DNA from: Acidimicrobiia bacterium
Lineage (GTDB): Bacteria > Actinomycetota > Acidimicrobiia > Spongiisociales > JAHEDJ01
NCBI GenBank assembly: GCA_029210695.1
Contig: JARGFH010000002.1
Location: forward strand, 1-64,000
Direction: 5' to 3'
DNA length: 64,000 nucleotides
Shown: positions 17,108 through 26,609 of the stretch, one piece after another
Layout: each line of letters opens with the position of its first letter
Position numbering within the stretch: the stretch's first letter is position 1
Notes under the pieces: model-generated
Databases searched by the model: none
The model's input: only the letters and a program-made list of their open reading frames with translations
What the model was told of the DNA's origin: nothing
Made by a program: the position numbers and the translations under genes

Positions 17108-18466
17108 GTGTTTCGCAGATTCGGCATCTTCGCCATCACCTTCGTCGTCGTGATCGCCGGCGGCATCGCCTTTGCCCAGATGGGCGAGTACCTACCATCT
17201 GCCGACGATGCCCCGGCCGGAGTTGGCGCCATTGACCCGGGCAGCATCTTCTATACGGGCGACACCCAACCGGACTCCCCGACCACAGAGGCGCCGGCCG
17301 AGAAGCCGGATATAACCGAGACGACGAAAGTCGAGGACGAAGCTTCGGCCGCCGAAGAGACACCGGCACCGGAGAAGCAGGCCGCTGAAACCCCCGTGAA
17401 GGAAGAAGTGACCGACACCGATCCTCCCGACCTCGTCATCACCTCGCCGGCCAACGAAGCAGTAGTCAAAACAAGAGAGCTGAAGTTCTCAGGCAGCGTT
17501 GAACCCGGCGCAACAGTCAAGGCGGCCGGATACCGGGCGGAGGTCACCCCCGATGGTTTCTGGTCGATCGTCCTCATGCTCGAACCGGGAGGAAACCTCG
17601 CCACGATCAAAGCATTCGACGAGGCCGGCAACGTTTCCGAGGCAACCGTGAAGGTCTTCTACGAAGCACCGGAGGGCGAGCATGCGTTCTCTGCCTCCCA
17701 GCAATACAAGACGTCTGCGTCCAACCCGCCCTACGACGTCTTCTACGGGACGGGACGACCGGGTGCCACGATCACGGCTACGTCGGACTTCGGTTCGGGT
17801 TCGACCACGGTCAACGAAAAAGGGAAATGGGAGATGAAGGTCACCTTCCCGACGGCCCCGTATTACGAGTGGTTTGCAGTTGAAATCGCCGACTCCGACG
17901 GACACACAAAGACGTTTGAGTTCAAGAGCAAGTACAACCCGGGCGCCACCTACGAGTTCACCATAACGCAGAAGTACCATCAGAACACCGACCCGTGGGA
18001 GAAGTTCACCGGAACGGCCGCGCCCGGCACGGTCATCGGAGCCTATTCGGACTTCGGCTCGGCAGAGACCGTCGCCGAGGGCGGAGAGTTCTACCTCAAG
18101 GTGCACTTCGAGGGATTGAAGCCCGGGCAGACGATCGACATCGTGGTCGAAACATCTGCAGGTGACCGCAGGGAGTTCACATTCATGTATGCGCCGGCTC
18201 CGATCGAGTTCAGCGTCACCCAGAAGTACGCGTCGTGCAGCGAGAACCCGCCGTACGACGTCTTCTACGGGACGGCGACGCCCGGAGCCACGATCTGGGC
18301 GGAGTCCCCGTACGGGGCCGTCAGCACGATCGCCGGCGATCTCGGGAAATGGGACCTCAAGGTCATCTTTGAGGGTGCACTCCCCGGCCCGGCCTTCAAC
18401 GTGACGATCGGCGACTCTGAAGGCCATTCCAAGACCTTCACCTTCACCGTGCTCGAAGCCAAGTAA
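17108..18466 (+). CDS. Exported or membrane-anchored protein with an Ig-like domain and three ~85-aa repeat modules
   Basis: GTG start with an AGGAGG RBS, hydrophobic N-terminus, acidic linker, PPDLVITSP...DEAGNVS, then three F.GT..PG..I...S..G modules. Confidence 0.8.
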   Translation: MFRRFGIFAITFVVVIAGGIAFAQMGEYLPSADDAPAGVGAIDPGSIFYTGDTQPDSPTTEAPAEKPDITETTKVEDEASAAEETPAPEKQAAETPVKEEVTDTDPPDLVITSPANEAVVKTRELKFSGSVEPGATVKAAGYRAEVTPDGFWSIVLMLEPGGNLATIKAFDEAGNVSEATVKVFYEAPEGEHAFSASQQYKTSASNPPYDVFYGTGRPGATITATSDFGSGSTTVNEKGKWEMKVTFPTAPYYEWFAVEIADSDGHTKTFEFKSKYNPGATYEFTITQKYHQNTDPWEKFTGTAAPGTVIGAYSDFGSAETVAEGGEFYLKVHFEGLKPGQTIDIVVETSAGDRREFTFMYAPAPIEFSVTQKYASCSENPPYDVFYGTATPGATIWAESPYGAVSTIAGDLGKWDLKVIFEGALPGPAFNVTIGDSEGHSKTFTFTVLEAK

Positions 18467-18482
18467 CCGTCCCTCCTCGGGA

Positions 18483-18514
18483 GCCGCCGGCCCTCCGGGA
18501 GGAGGGCCGGCGGC
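18483..18514. terminator. GC-rich hairpin between convergent genes
   Basis: Perfect 14-bp stem GCCGCCGGCCCTCC-GGGA-GGAGGGCCGGCGGC. Confidence 0.75.
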
Positions 18515-18518
18515 GCGC

Positions 18519-19544
18519 TCACAGAAGAAGCTCCGCCAGAGTTCGAAGGGTCACGAAATCCGTCGTTCCGACCAGAAGCGAGGTCACCCCCGACTCCCTC
18601 CATGCCTCGAGCCGGTCCCGCACTCTCTCCCGGGGCCCAACCAAACTGGTCAGGTCTACGAGCGCATCAGGAACGCGGGCAATTGCCTCTTTCTTCTTGC
18701 CGGCGAGGTACAGATCCTGGATCTCAACGGCCTCCCGCTCGAATCCGTAACGTCCCGCCAGATCGTTGTAGAAGTTCCGGCTCCTGGCTCCCATACCCCC
18801 GATGTAGAGGGCCAGCAACGGTTTGACCTGGGCGCGTCCGTAGTCGAGGTCATCGGTGATGATCGCCGAGACGGTCGGTGCCACGTCGAACGATGATGAC
18901 CGCTGCGCATTCCCCGACCTCCGAAATCCGTCTTCGAGATTCGGCCAGAACACCCGGCGGGCATGATCGGGCGAAAAAAAGACCGGAAGCCATCCGTCTG
19001 CGATCTCGGCCGTGAGCGCCACATTCCTCGGGCCAATGGAAGCGAGATAGATCGGCAGGTCCGGCCGGAGCGGACGGCCGATGAGCATCAAGGGCTTCCC
19101 AAGCCCGGTGGCGTCCGGACCTCTATACGGGATCTGGTAGTGCTCGCCGTCATGCTCGAGGCGCCTGCGACGCTGAAGGACCCGACGGACGATCGAGACA
19201 TACTCGCGGGTCTTTCCGAGCGGCTTTCCGTACGGAACCCCATGCCACCCTTCGACTACCTGCGGGCCGGATAGTCCAAGACCGAGTCGAAAGCGCCCAC
19301 CCGACAGCTCATCGAGCGTATAGGCCGTCATGGCAGTCATGGCCGGAGTCCTGGCCGGCATTTGCAGGACAGCCGAGCCGAGGTGGATTCGCTCGGTCCT
19401 GGCTGCCAGCCAGGCCAGGACCGTTACCGCGTCGTAGCCCCACGCTTCTGCCGCCCACACCGAGTCATAGCCCAGTTGCTCAGCCTCGACCACTAGTTCG
19501 ATCGAACCAACGCCCGCATAACCCAGGTTGAGTCCTAATCGCAA
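18519..19544 (-). CDS. LLM-class F420-dependent oxidoreductase
   Basis: [42 protein letters not shown] and AEIADGW. TTG start with a GGAGGT RBS. Confidence 0.9.
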   Translation of the reverse strand: MRLGLNLGYAGVGSIELVVEAEQLGYDSVWAAEAWGYDAVTVLAWLAARTERIHLGSAVLQMPARTPAMTAMTAYTLDELSGGRFRLGLGLSGPQVVEGWHGVPYGKPLGKTREYVSIVRRVLQRRRRLEHDGEHYQIPYRGPDATGLGKPLMLIGRPLRPDLPIYLASIGPRNVALTAEIADGWLPVFFSPDHARRVFWPNLEDGFRRSGNAQRSSSFDVAPTVSAIITDDLDYGRAQVKPLLALYIGGMGARSRNFYNDLAGRYGFEREAVEIQDLYLAGKKKEAIARVPDALVDLTSLVGPRERVRDRLEAWRESGVTSLLVGTTDFVTLRTLAELLL

Positions 19545-19593
19545 TACATCACCTCCGCGGCGTCCATGGTACGTTGTGCACGGGAAGTGGAAC

Positions 19594-20361
19594 ATGATGA
19601 CGCCGGAGCGCAGACTCACACGGACCTTCCGCAATGCGGGAGCGGCGCTGTTCGTGGTTCTGTGGATGGAGCAGCAGTGGGCGGCTCACCACGACTTCCC
19701 TTCGTTTCCAGATCTCGACCCGTCCGGGCTCTTCGGCGATCCAGCCCTCCCTCTGCGATCTATCGCTCTACTCGGAGACAGCACCATCACCGGACCGGGT
19801 CTGGAGACTGCCGAAGACATCTGGATACGGCAGATGGTGCCGCGACTCACAGAACGCTACCGCGTCCAGATCGACAACTTCGCGTTCGGCGGCGCCCGTC
19901 TACGAGACGTCCTGGCCCGCCAGCTCCCGCAGCTGACCGGGCGATACGACGTGGCCTTCATCTCGGCGGGTTCGAACGACGCTCTGCGCGGCATGACTCA
20001 GCTTCAGATGCGTTCGCTGCTGAGCACCATCTGTGCCGGTGCACTCGAGCAAGCAGACGTAATCGTGCTCGCCGGGGCCGGCGACATCGGTACCGCGCCG
20101 CGATTGCCTTTTCCGCTTGATGCGATGGCCACCACCAGAGCTAGAGCGACCGATGTCACCCATGCACGGGCTGCAGCCTCAAATGACCGCATCCTCCACA
20201 TCCCGATGTGGGAGTTGACCACCCCCACGTTCCGGTCGGACAAAGACCTCTTTTCGGGCGATCGCTTCCATCCCAACCGCCGCGGCCACCGGGTGTGGGC
20301 AGATGCAGCTCTGCCCACTGTGCTCGCCGCACTCGATCTCTGCTCACCACCCGGACACTGA
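19594..20361 (+). CDS. SGNH/GDSL hydrolase
   Basis: [13 protein letters not shown] and DRFHPN blocks. Confidence 0.85.
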   Translation: MMTPERRLTRTFRNAGAALFVVLWMEQQWAAHHDFPSFPDLDPSGLFGDPALPLRSIALLGDSTITGPGLETAEDIWIRQMVPRLTERYRVQIDNFAFGGARLRDVLARQLPQLTGRYDVAFISAGSNDALRGMTQLQMRSLLSTICAGALEQADVIVLAGAGDIGTAPRLPFPLDAMATTRARATDVTHARAAASNDRILHIPMWELTTPTFRSDKDLFSGDRFHPNRRGHRVWADAALPTVLAALDLCSPPGH

Positions 20362-20378
20362 CCTCCTACACTCGCCCG

Positions 20379-21626
20379 ATGCCCAACCGCTTCGATCGTC
20401 CCGATCGCGTCCGCCGAAAACTCACCGGCGTGCTCTTCGGCGGGGTGGGGCTCACCAGCACCGGATTCATCGCCGCCATCACCGTGGCCGGTTTGGCCGC
20501 GGAGGACCTGACCGGTTCATCGAGCCTTGCCGGCATCCCGGCCGCAGCCTCCACGATCGGCACGGCGCTCGGCTCGGCCGTCCTCGCCGCAGTGACGGTG
20601 CGGCTGGGCAGGCGATCGGTTCTGATCGGCGCCTACGTGCTCGCCGGAACGGCCGCAGCTGTGGCTGCTGCAGCCATCGGATCGGCCTCGTTCGCACTGC
20701 TGATCTTCGCCATGTTCGCACTTGGTTTCGGGAACAGTGCCAGCCATCTCACGCGCTACGCGGCTGCCGACCTCCATCAGCCGAGCCGCCGGACCGCCGC
20801 GATCGGTTGGATCGTTTGGGCAAGCACCGTCGGGTCGGTGGCGGGCCCCAATCTGCTGGGAGTGTCGGCAGATGCGGCTGAGGGGGCTGGACTGGCAGCA
20901 TTTGCAGGTCCATACCTGGTGGCTGCCATCGCCTTCCTGAGCGCGGCGGTCTTCTACGTGATCTTCCTCCGACCCGATCCACTCCGGATGGTCGTCTCCA
21001 CCGATGAAGAATTCACCGCCCCAGCACTTCCGCTGGCGACGTTGCTGGCGAGGCCCCGGGTGCAAGTTGCCGTCGTCTCCATGGTGACGAGTCACTTCGT
21101 GATGGTGCTGATCATGGCGATGACACCGATCTTCTTGCGGAACGGTGGCGCCAAGCTAGGGATCGTCGGCATCGTCATTTCTGCCCACACGCTCGGCATG
21201 TTCGCCCTCTCCCCCATCACAGGGATTCTGGGCGACCGCTTCGGTCGTCCGCAGGTGGCCGCCGCCGGGATGGTGATCGTGCTGGTGTCGGTCACCCTGG
21301 CCGGCCTGGCGCCGGCGGATGCCACGGCAACACTCATTCTTGCGCTTTTCCTGCTCGGCCTCGGATGGAATTTCGCATTCATCGGAGGCAGCGCCATCCT
21401 GACAGAGGGCCTGGCCATCGATGAGCGGTTGCGCCTGCAGGGGGCAGTCGATGCCTCCGTCTGGTTGTCGGGGGCGGGCGCCAGCCTGTCTTCAGGATTC
21501 ATCCTGGCCATCGCCGGATACCCCATCCTGAACGCCCTGGGCGCGGCCCTGCTGGTTGCCCCGGCCGCCGTGTTCCTGCGTCACCGGAACGTATTCGCCC
21601 GAACCCCGGCCGCTACGCTGCCATGA
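20379..21626 (+). CDS. MFS transporter
   Basis: About 12 TM segments, RLGRR and DRFGR loops, RYAAADL. Confidence 0.9.
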   Translation: MPNRFDRPDRVRRKLTGVLFGGVGLTSTGFIAAITVAGLAAEDLTGSSSLAGIPAAASTIGTALGSAVLAAVTVRLGRRSVLIGAYVLAGTAAAVAAAAIGSASFALLIFAMFALGFGNSASHLTRYAAADLHQPSRRTAAIGWIVWASTVGSVAGPNLLGVSADAAEGAGLAAFAGPYLVAAIAFLSAAVFYVIFLRPDPLRMVVSTDEEFTAPALPLATLLARPRVQVAVVSMVTSHFVMVLIMAMTPIFLRNGGAKLGIVGIVISAHTLGMFALSPITGILGDRFGRPQVAAAGMVIVLVSVTLAGLAPADATATLILALFLLGLGWNFAFIGGSAILTEGLAIDERLRLQGAVDASVWLSGAGASLSSGFILAIAGYPILNALGAALLVAPAAVFLRHRNVFARTPAATLP

Positions 21627-22354
21627 TGCTCCGCCGTTTGCTTTCGCCGTTCCGAACCGTGGTTGCCGTTGCGGTCGCCCTCCTGGCGACCTGGACGGCT
21701 GCCTGGACGGTCACAGTTGTCGCCTGGCGGAATCCAGGGTCGCCGTTCATCGAAGGAGTCATCAATCGATGGAGCACCATCATCCTGGCTGTTGCCGGCG
21801 TTTCACTGACGGTCCGCGGGGTGGAGAACATCGAACCCGGACGTTCGTACGTCATCGTCTCGAATCACCAGTCTTCCTTCGACATCCCCGCCCACTTCCT
21901 CGCCCTGCCGATGCCGATCAGATTCTTCGCCAAGAAGGAGCTCTTCAGAATTCCTATCTTCGGCACGGCCCTTCGAGCCATCGGCATCGTCGAAGTCGAC
22001 CGGCACGCAGGGGCAGTGGTCCACCAACAAATCAATTCGCAAGCAGCCGAAGTGATGCGACGTGGCCATTCGATCCTCGTGTTTGCCGAAGGCACTCGTT
22101 ATCTCGATGGGCAGGTCCGGCAGTTCAAACGGGGGGCATTCTCGATCGCCATCGCCTCCGGCCTGCCTATTCTTCCTGTCGTGGTGAACGGCGGTCACCT
22201 CGCCTGGCCGAAGCGCCATCCGATCCTCGGTGGACCGATCACGGTGATGATCTCGAAGCCAATCGAGACCTCTGCGCTCGTCCACAAGGACGTACCGATG
22301 CTACGAGATCAGACTAAGGACGAGATCGAGCGGATGATCCGCGCGGTCGGCTAG
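21623..22354 (+). CDS. 1-acyl-sn-glycerol-3-phosphate acyltransferase (PlsC family)
   Basis: SNHQSSFD, AKKEL, FAEGTR and FKRGAF. Confidence 0.9.
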   Translation: MMLRRLLSPFRTVVAVAVALLATWTAAWTVTVVAWRNPGSPFIEGVINRWSTIILAVAGVSLTVRGVENIEPGRSYVIVSNHQSSFDIPAHFLALPMPIRFFAKKELFRIPIFGTALRAIGIVEVDRHAGAVVHQQINSQAAEVMRRGHSILVFAEGTRYLDGQVRQFKRGAFSIAIASGLPILPVVVNGGHLAWPKRHPILGGPITVMISKPIETSALVHKDVPMLRDQTKDEIERMIRAVG

Positions 22355-22818
22355 AGGCGGTTCGCCTGTTCCGTGTCGAATGCGGCGGCGGTGTTCAGCC
22401 GTTCGAGCAGCCGCAGCAGCGTTTCTCTCTCTTCGGACTCGAGGACGGACAAGAACCGTCGTGCTACCAGGGATTGATAGCCCGGCATGACGTCCTCTAG
22501 GTGGCGTCGGCCGGCGCTCGTGATAACCGCGTAGGCGCCCCGCTTGTCGCTTGGAACTGATGCGCGCTCGACGAGTCCCTGGCTCTTGAGTCGATCGACC
22601 CGTCTGGTGAGACCGCTGCGACTGGCACTGATACTGTGGGCGAGCTCCGCCATCCGCATCCTCCCGCCGCTCTCGTTGATTGAGGCGAGGACCTCGAGAT
22701 CCCCCAGAGACACATCGGTGAGGCCGCCCAGTTCGGATTCGATCCCGGTAACAATGGCTACCTGTGCGGCGAGAAATGCTCTCCATAACCGGAATTCATC
22801 CGGTTTGATCTCGTACAC
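22351..22818 (-). CDS. MarR-family regulator
   Basis: RMAELA...SRSGLTRRVDRL...GLVER....DKRG...IT.AG. Confidence 0.88.
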   Translation of the reverse strand: MYEIKPDEFRLWRAFLAAQVAIVTGIESELGGLTDVSLGDLEVLASINESGGRMRMAELAHSISASRSGLTRRVDRLKSQGLVERASVPSDKRGAYAVITSAGRRHLEDVMPGYQSLVARRFLSVLESEERETLLRLLERLNTAAAFDTEQANRL

Positions 22819-22876
22819 ACCACTCCCTGGTCCGGCTCTGCACGGCGATTCTAGAAAGATTATCCGCAAAGGGCGA

Positions 22877-24343
22877 TCAATCGTAAACACCAACGACGTA
22901 GGTCCTCCCGTCTCGCACCTCACACAGCAACGCGGCGGCAGACGTCACGACCTGATAGCGCTCAACCGATGCCTCTCCCTCCCACCATCGCCCGGCCAGG
23001 TGCCACGGCCCCGCCCAGGCCGTCACCATCTCCCACCGGCTTCGCAAACGAACCCGCATGGGCATTCCTCCATCCCACTCGACCTCGATGGTTTGCGGTT
23101 CGGGTGGGACCAGCACCGGTGTCGGCGACGGCACAGCCCCCGGCCACGGCGCGTCGGGACTCCGTTGTGGCGAGGGTGGTCCTTCACCCCACCGGAACCA
23201 ACTCACCTGTTCAGAAGGCCTCCGTCCACCCTGCACACGGGCTTGCAGCACCGCATCGGGTCCAACCAGGGTCTGGGCGCGGGCGAAAGCCCTGGCTGCC
23301 TCGAGCTGCGACGCCGAATCGTCCTCGAGTGCGAGCTGCCGGCCAGCGTCTGATAGGTCTGCAGGCTGGAGGCGGAGTCTGACAATTCCGCCCGGCACCC
23401 CGGCCGTCTCCACCCAGGCCCGCAGCTGCCACCAGACCCGCTCGGTGAGAGCATGCTCGGTGAAGGGCTCGGCGCTTCTCCAGACTCTGACCCGTTCTGA
23501 GCCGTCGGCCGCCCACGCCGAAACCTCGACGCGATACGGAGCCGCTCCACGTTCCCCCAGTGCTGCGATCAGCCGTCCGGAAAGCGCCCTGGCGGCAAAC
23601 CCGACCCGATCGAGCGCGTGAAGCGGCTCCTCGTAACGCTGCTCGACGGAACCGTCGTCGTTGATCCCGCGGGGAGCCAGCATCCGGTCTTCTCCGCTCG
23701 CCAGCCGGTGGGCAGCCAGTCCTGATTCGCCGAACCTCGAGGCCATTGCCCCTCTCGGCAGCTGCGACAGCTCTCCGAGTGTCCCGATCCCCAGCCATCT
23801 AAACGTCGCCACCAGGCCTTCTTCTGGAAGGACATCAACGGGAAGCGCAGCAAGGAAGGCAGCGTCGTCGTCAACGCACAACGGTGATTCGATGGCCAGG
23901 GCGGCTGCTCTCCTGGCTGCGAACGGACCACGGGCAACGCCCAACTGCCCGCCCGGCCACGCCCCCAGACGTTCCACTATCCGTTCGATGAGCTGCGGTT
24001 CGCCACCGTAGTAGCGAAGCGCCCCCTGAATGGGAACGAAGACCAGGCCGGGTTCGACCACCTCGACCTTCGGTACCAGATCCTCGATGGCAACCACGAC
24101 CGGTTCGAAATCAATGGTCTCCGCTCCGAGATCTCGTTCGAGTACCACGGCACCGGGACATAGCCCTTCTGCCTCCCGACGGGTCATGCCCTGAGCGATA
24201 CCGGAGCTGCGTGCTGCGGTATCGGCCGTGACCACGCGGAAACCGCCGGCTCCCGGCTGCACGACAAAAGAGGGGCTATACGGCGGCGCGTCCTGTCGAC
24301 GAAGCGACCATTCCGGCCACCACACGCATAGTGTTCTCGCCAT
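22877..24343 (-). CDS. imuB: ImuB, inactive Y-family polymerase
   Basis: R.LCVW.P.W, AR..GI..GM..REA..LCP, LG..TLG....LP......RFG and C-terminal AGPW....RWW ... G.YD. Confidence 0.9.
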   Translation of the reverse strand: MARTLCVWWPEWSLRRQDAPPYSPSFVVQPGAGGFRVVTADTAARSSGIAQGMTRREAEGLCPGAVVLERDLGAETIDFEPVVVAIEDLVPKVEVVEPGLVFVPIQGALRYYGGEPQLIERIVERLGAWPGGQLGVARGPFAARRAAALAIESPLCVDDDAAFLAALPVDVLPEEGLVATFRWLGIGTLGELSQLPRGAMASRFGESGLAAHRLASGEDRMLAPRGINDDGSVEQRYEEPLHALDRVGFAARALSGRLIAALGERGAAPYRVEVSAWAADGSERVRVWRSAEPFTEHALTERVWWQLRAWVETAGVPGGIVRLRLQPADLSDAGRQLALEDDSASQLEAARAFARAQTLVGPDAVLQARVQGGRRPSEQVSWFRWGEGPPSPQRSPDAPWPGAVPSPTPVLVPPEPQTIEVEWDGGMPMRVRLRSRWEMVTAWAGPWHLAGRWWEGEASVERYQVVTSAAALLCEVRDGRTYVVGVYD

Positions 24344-24917
24344 CGTCCTCCACCTCGAATAACCGCTCGGCTCCACCCATCCCTTTGCCCCAGGCACGCA
24401 TCTGAAGGTGCCGGTGCCGGAGACGTCCGTGACCCGCATCTACGCCCTCCCACACCACCCGTTCGGATTGCAGGGTGAGATGGGTCACACCGGGAGGAAG
24501 CCGGCCGTCGAGCGGCCGCAGCAACAACGCTCCTCGCCTTGCTCTGGCAAGAGCCGATAGCCGCCGCAAGTGGGTATCGGCTATACCAGCCGGCACCTCG
24601 GCATAGACCACCTGGATCCCTTCGAGTAGGGCTGCCACCACCTGTGACCACTGCTGCCTCTCGGCACTCCGCACGATCACCAGGTGCCCGGGATCGATGC
24701 CGACCTCGAAGGCAGCCAGCGGCGAAAGCCAGCCACGCACATCGACAACGGCAACAGGAGCCCGCTGCGAAGGCTCGGCCAGTAGTGAGAGACCGATCCT
24801 GGTCAGGCCGCCACCGGCGGTTCCCAGCAGCCCGATGGTTCGGCCGGGCTCCGCCCGGAGATCCCATCTGGTATCTCCGGGCTTCGTTGCCATCCGCGCC
24901 GTCGCCGTTTTCTCCAC
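24276..24917 (-). CDS. imuA: ImuA'-like RecA-fold protein (start at 24917 or 24893)
   Basis: Degenerate P-loop, AVVD, AA.E.GIDP..LV.V and RRL.A.AR.R. Lies upstream of imuB and downstream of an SOS box. Confidence 0.8.
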   Translation of the reverse strand: MEKTATARMATKPGDTRWDLRAEPGRTIGLLGTAGGGLTRIGLSLLAEPSQRAPVAVVDVRGWLSPLAAFEVGIDPGHLVIVRSAERQQWSQVVAALLEGIQVVYAEVPAGIADTHLRRLSALARARRGALLLRPLDGRLPPGVTHLTLQSERVVWEGVDAGHGRLRHRHLQMRAWGKGMGGAERLFEVEDDGENTMRVVAGMVASSTGRAAV

Positions 24918-24944
24918 CCGCGCCGTCCTCGGAAAGGACTCGGC

Positions 24945-24973
24945 ATTGTATCGAACATACGTTCGATCGGCAA
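24945..24973 (-). promoter_or_regulatory. LexA (SOS) box inside the imuA'-imuB promoter
   Basis: TCGAACATACGTTCGA at 24951-24966, in the spacer of TTGCCG-N17-TACAAT. Confidence 0.92.
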
Positions 24974-25025
24974 ACGGGAACCTGGAGGTATCTGGTTGCG
25001 TCCTATGCTCAGGAGGGAACACATT

Positions 25026-25961
25026 ATGCGAACCATCATCATCACGCTCATGGCCATGACCCTGTTCCTCAGTGCTTGCTCCGGGCAGGACACGAGCGAT
25101 CTGGAGGTGTCCGATGGAGCCACCGGAGCCCCCGCCATGAACGACATGGGCGACGTAGGCGGTGAGTCGGTGGATGCGGAGGCCCCACGGGATGAGCAGC
25201 TCCTCGCCTATCAGCGGGATGTTCTCGAGAACCGCAAGATCATTCAACAGGCCACACTGGAACTGACCGATGACGACACCGAAGGCCTGTTCAGTCGAAT
25301 CACGATGCTGGTCGAGCGATCCGGTGGCTTTGTGGCATCTGCCGAACTCACCCGCTCGGACGACGAGGGCCGTGGGCCATTCATCAACCTGACCATTCGT
25401 ATTCCGGCAGACGAGATGACGTCGACCCTGTCGTCCATCGAGGACCTCGCCGATGAAGTGACTGCCAAAACCATCGGTAGCCAGGATGTCACGGAGGAAT
25501 ACTCCGATATCGAGGCACAGCTCAGAAACCTGACCGCCTACGAGGATGAGTTGCTCGTGATCCTCACCGAGGTGCGCGAGAGCTCAACATCCAAGGCCGA
25601 CGAACTACTCAGCGTCTTCGAACGGATCCGGCAGGTACGCGACGAAATCGAGCGCCTCGAAGGCCGGCAGCGCCTGCTGGACGACCTGATCAGCCTCGCC
25701 ACGATCGACGTCTCCCTATTCCCTGAATACGAAGGTGCGCCGATCGTCGACGAAGGTTGGCAGCCGGGTGACGTGGTCCGCGATGCGCTCCGCGCCACGG
25801 TCGATGCCTTCCAGTCCATCGTTGACGGCCTCATCTGGGTTGCTCTGGGGATACTTCCGATCCTTCTGGCGATCGGGATCCCGCTGTTTGGCATCGTATG
25901 GTTCTGGCGGAAGAGGTCGCGAGCGCGCCGACCGAACATCAAGACCGAAGCTCAGCAGTAG
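25026..25961 (+). CDS. DUF4349-like lipoprotein with a C-terminal TM helix
   Basis: Lipobox LSAC, RKII..A.L, LTIRIPA, QDVTEEY.D.EA.L.NL and EIERLEG. Confidence 0.8.
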   Translation: MRTIIITLMAMTLFLSACSGQDTSDLEVSDGATGAPAMNDMGDVGGESVDAEAPRDEQLLAYQRDVLENRKIIQQATLELTDDDTEGLFSRITMLVERSGGFVASAELTRSDDEGRGPFINLTIRIPADEMTSTLSSIEDLADEVTAKTIGSQDVTEEYSDIEAQLRNLTAYEDELLVILTEVRESSTSKADELLSVFERIRQVRDEIERLEGRQRLLDDLISLATIDVSLFPEYEGAPIVDEGWQPGDVVRDALRATVDAFQSIVDGLIWVALGILPILLAIGIPLFGIVWFWRKRSRARRPNIKTEAQQ

Positions 25962-26048
25962 GCAGTAGGCAGTAGGCAATAGGCAATAGGCAATAGGCAA
26001 TAGGCAAGCGTGCTACCTACGGCCTACAGCCTATGGTCTATGGCTTTT
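25955..26048 (+). repeat. Heptamer array (GCARTAG)x7 with a degenerate inverted arm and a T-tract
   Basis: 3x GCAGTAG plus 4x GCAATAG (25955-26003), then CTACGGC CTACAGC CTATGGT CTATGGC TTTT. Confidence 0.85.
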
Positions 26049-26094
26049 CGCCACATTGGTTTCCGGCGACGTAAGATTTCGCACGGAGGGACCT

Positions 26095-26553
26095 ATGCAA
26101 TCAGAAGCCACCACGATCGACGATTATCTGGCCGGCCTGCCCGAAGAACGCCGCATTGCTATCGAGACCGTTCGAAACACCATTCTCGAGAACCTTCCCG
26201 CCGGCTACGAAGAAACAATGAACTGGGGCATGATCACCTACCAGGTGCCGCTCGACACCTTCCCCGACACGTACAACGGCAAGCCATTGATGTATGCAGC
26301 TCTGGCCTCGCAGAAAAACCACATGGCCGTCTACCTGACCAGCGTCTACGCACTGCCGGGCAAGGCCGAGGAGTTCGAAGCCGCCTACCTGGCAACCGGC
26401 AAGCGCTACGACATGGGCAAGTCGTGTGTGCGGTTCCGCAAACTCGAAGATCTACCCCTCGACTTGATCGGCAAGACGATTGGGGCCGTCGATGTCGATA
26501 CCTTCACCACCGACGTTGAGAATGCTCGCAAGACTCGTAAACGGCGGTCCTGA
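26095..26553 (+). CDS. DUF1801 (YdhG-like) protein
   Basis: TIDDYLA.LPEERR, GYEE.M.WGMI.Y, LASQKNHM.VY and DMGKSCVRF. Confidence 0.85.
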   Translation: MQSEATTIDDYLAGLPEERRIAIETVRNTILENLPAGYEETMNWGMITYQVPLDTFPDTYNGKPLMYAALASQKNHMAVYLTSVYALPGKAEEFEAAYLATGKRYDMGKSCVRFRKLEDLPLDLIGKTIGAVDVDTFTTDVENARKTRKRRS

Positions 26554-26609
26554 GGTCGTGTAGGTTCGAGGTGGGGTGGACCTTGAACGTCGACCACAAG
26601 GAGGACGTG

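Noticed and set aside
16903..17247. 114-aa N-terminal extension of DnaE2 in the ORF track
   Set aside because: It runs through the SOS promoter and the divergent gene. Homology starts at 16902.
24918..25247. Long N-terminal extension of ImuA' in the ORF track
   Set aside because: It overlaps the promoter and the divergent lipoprotein gene.
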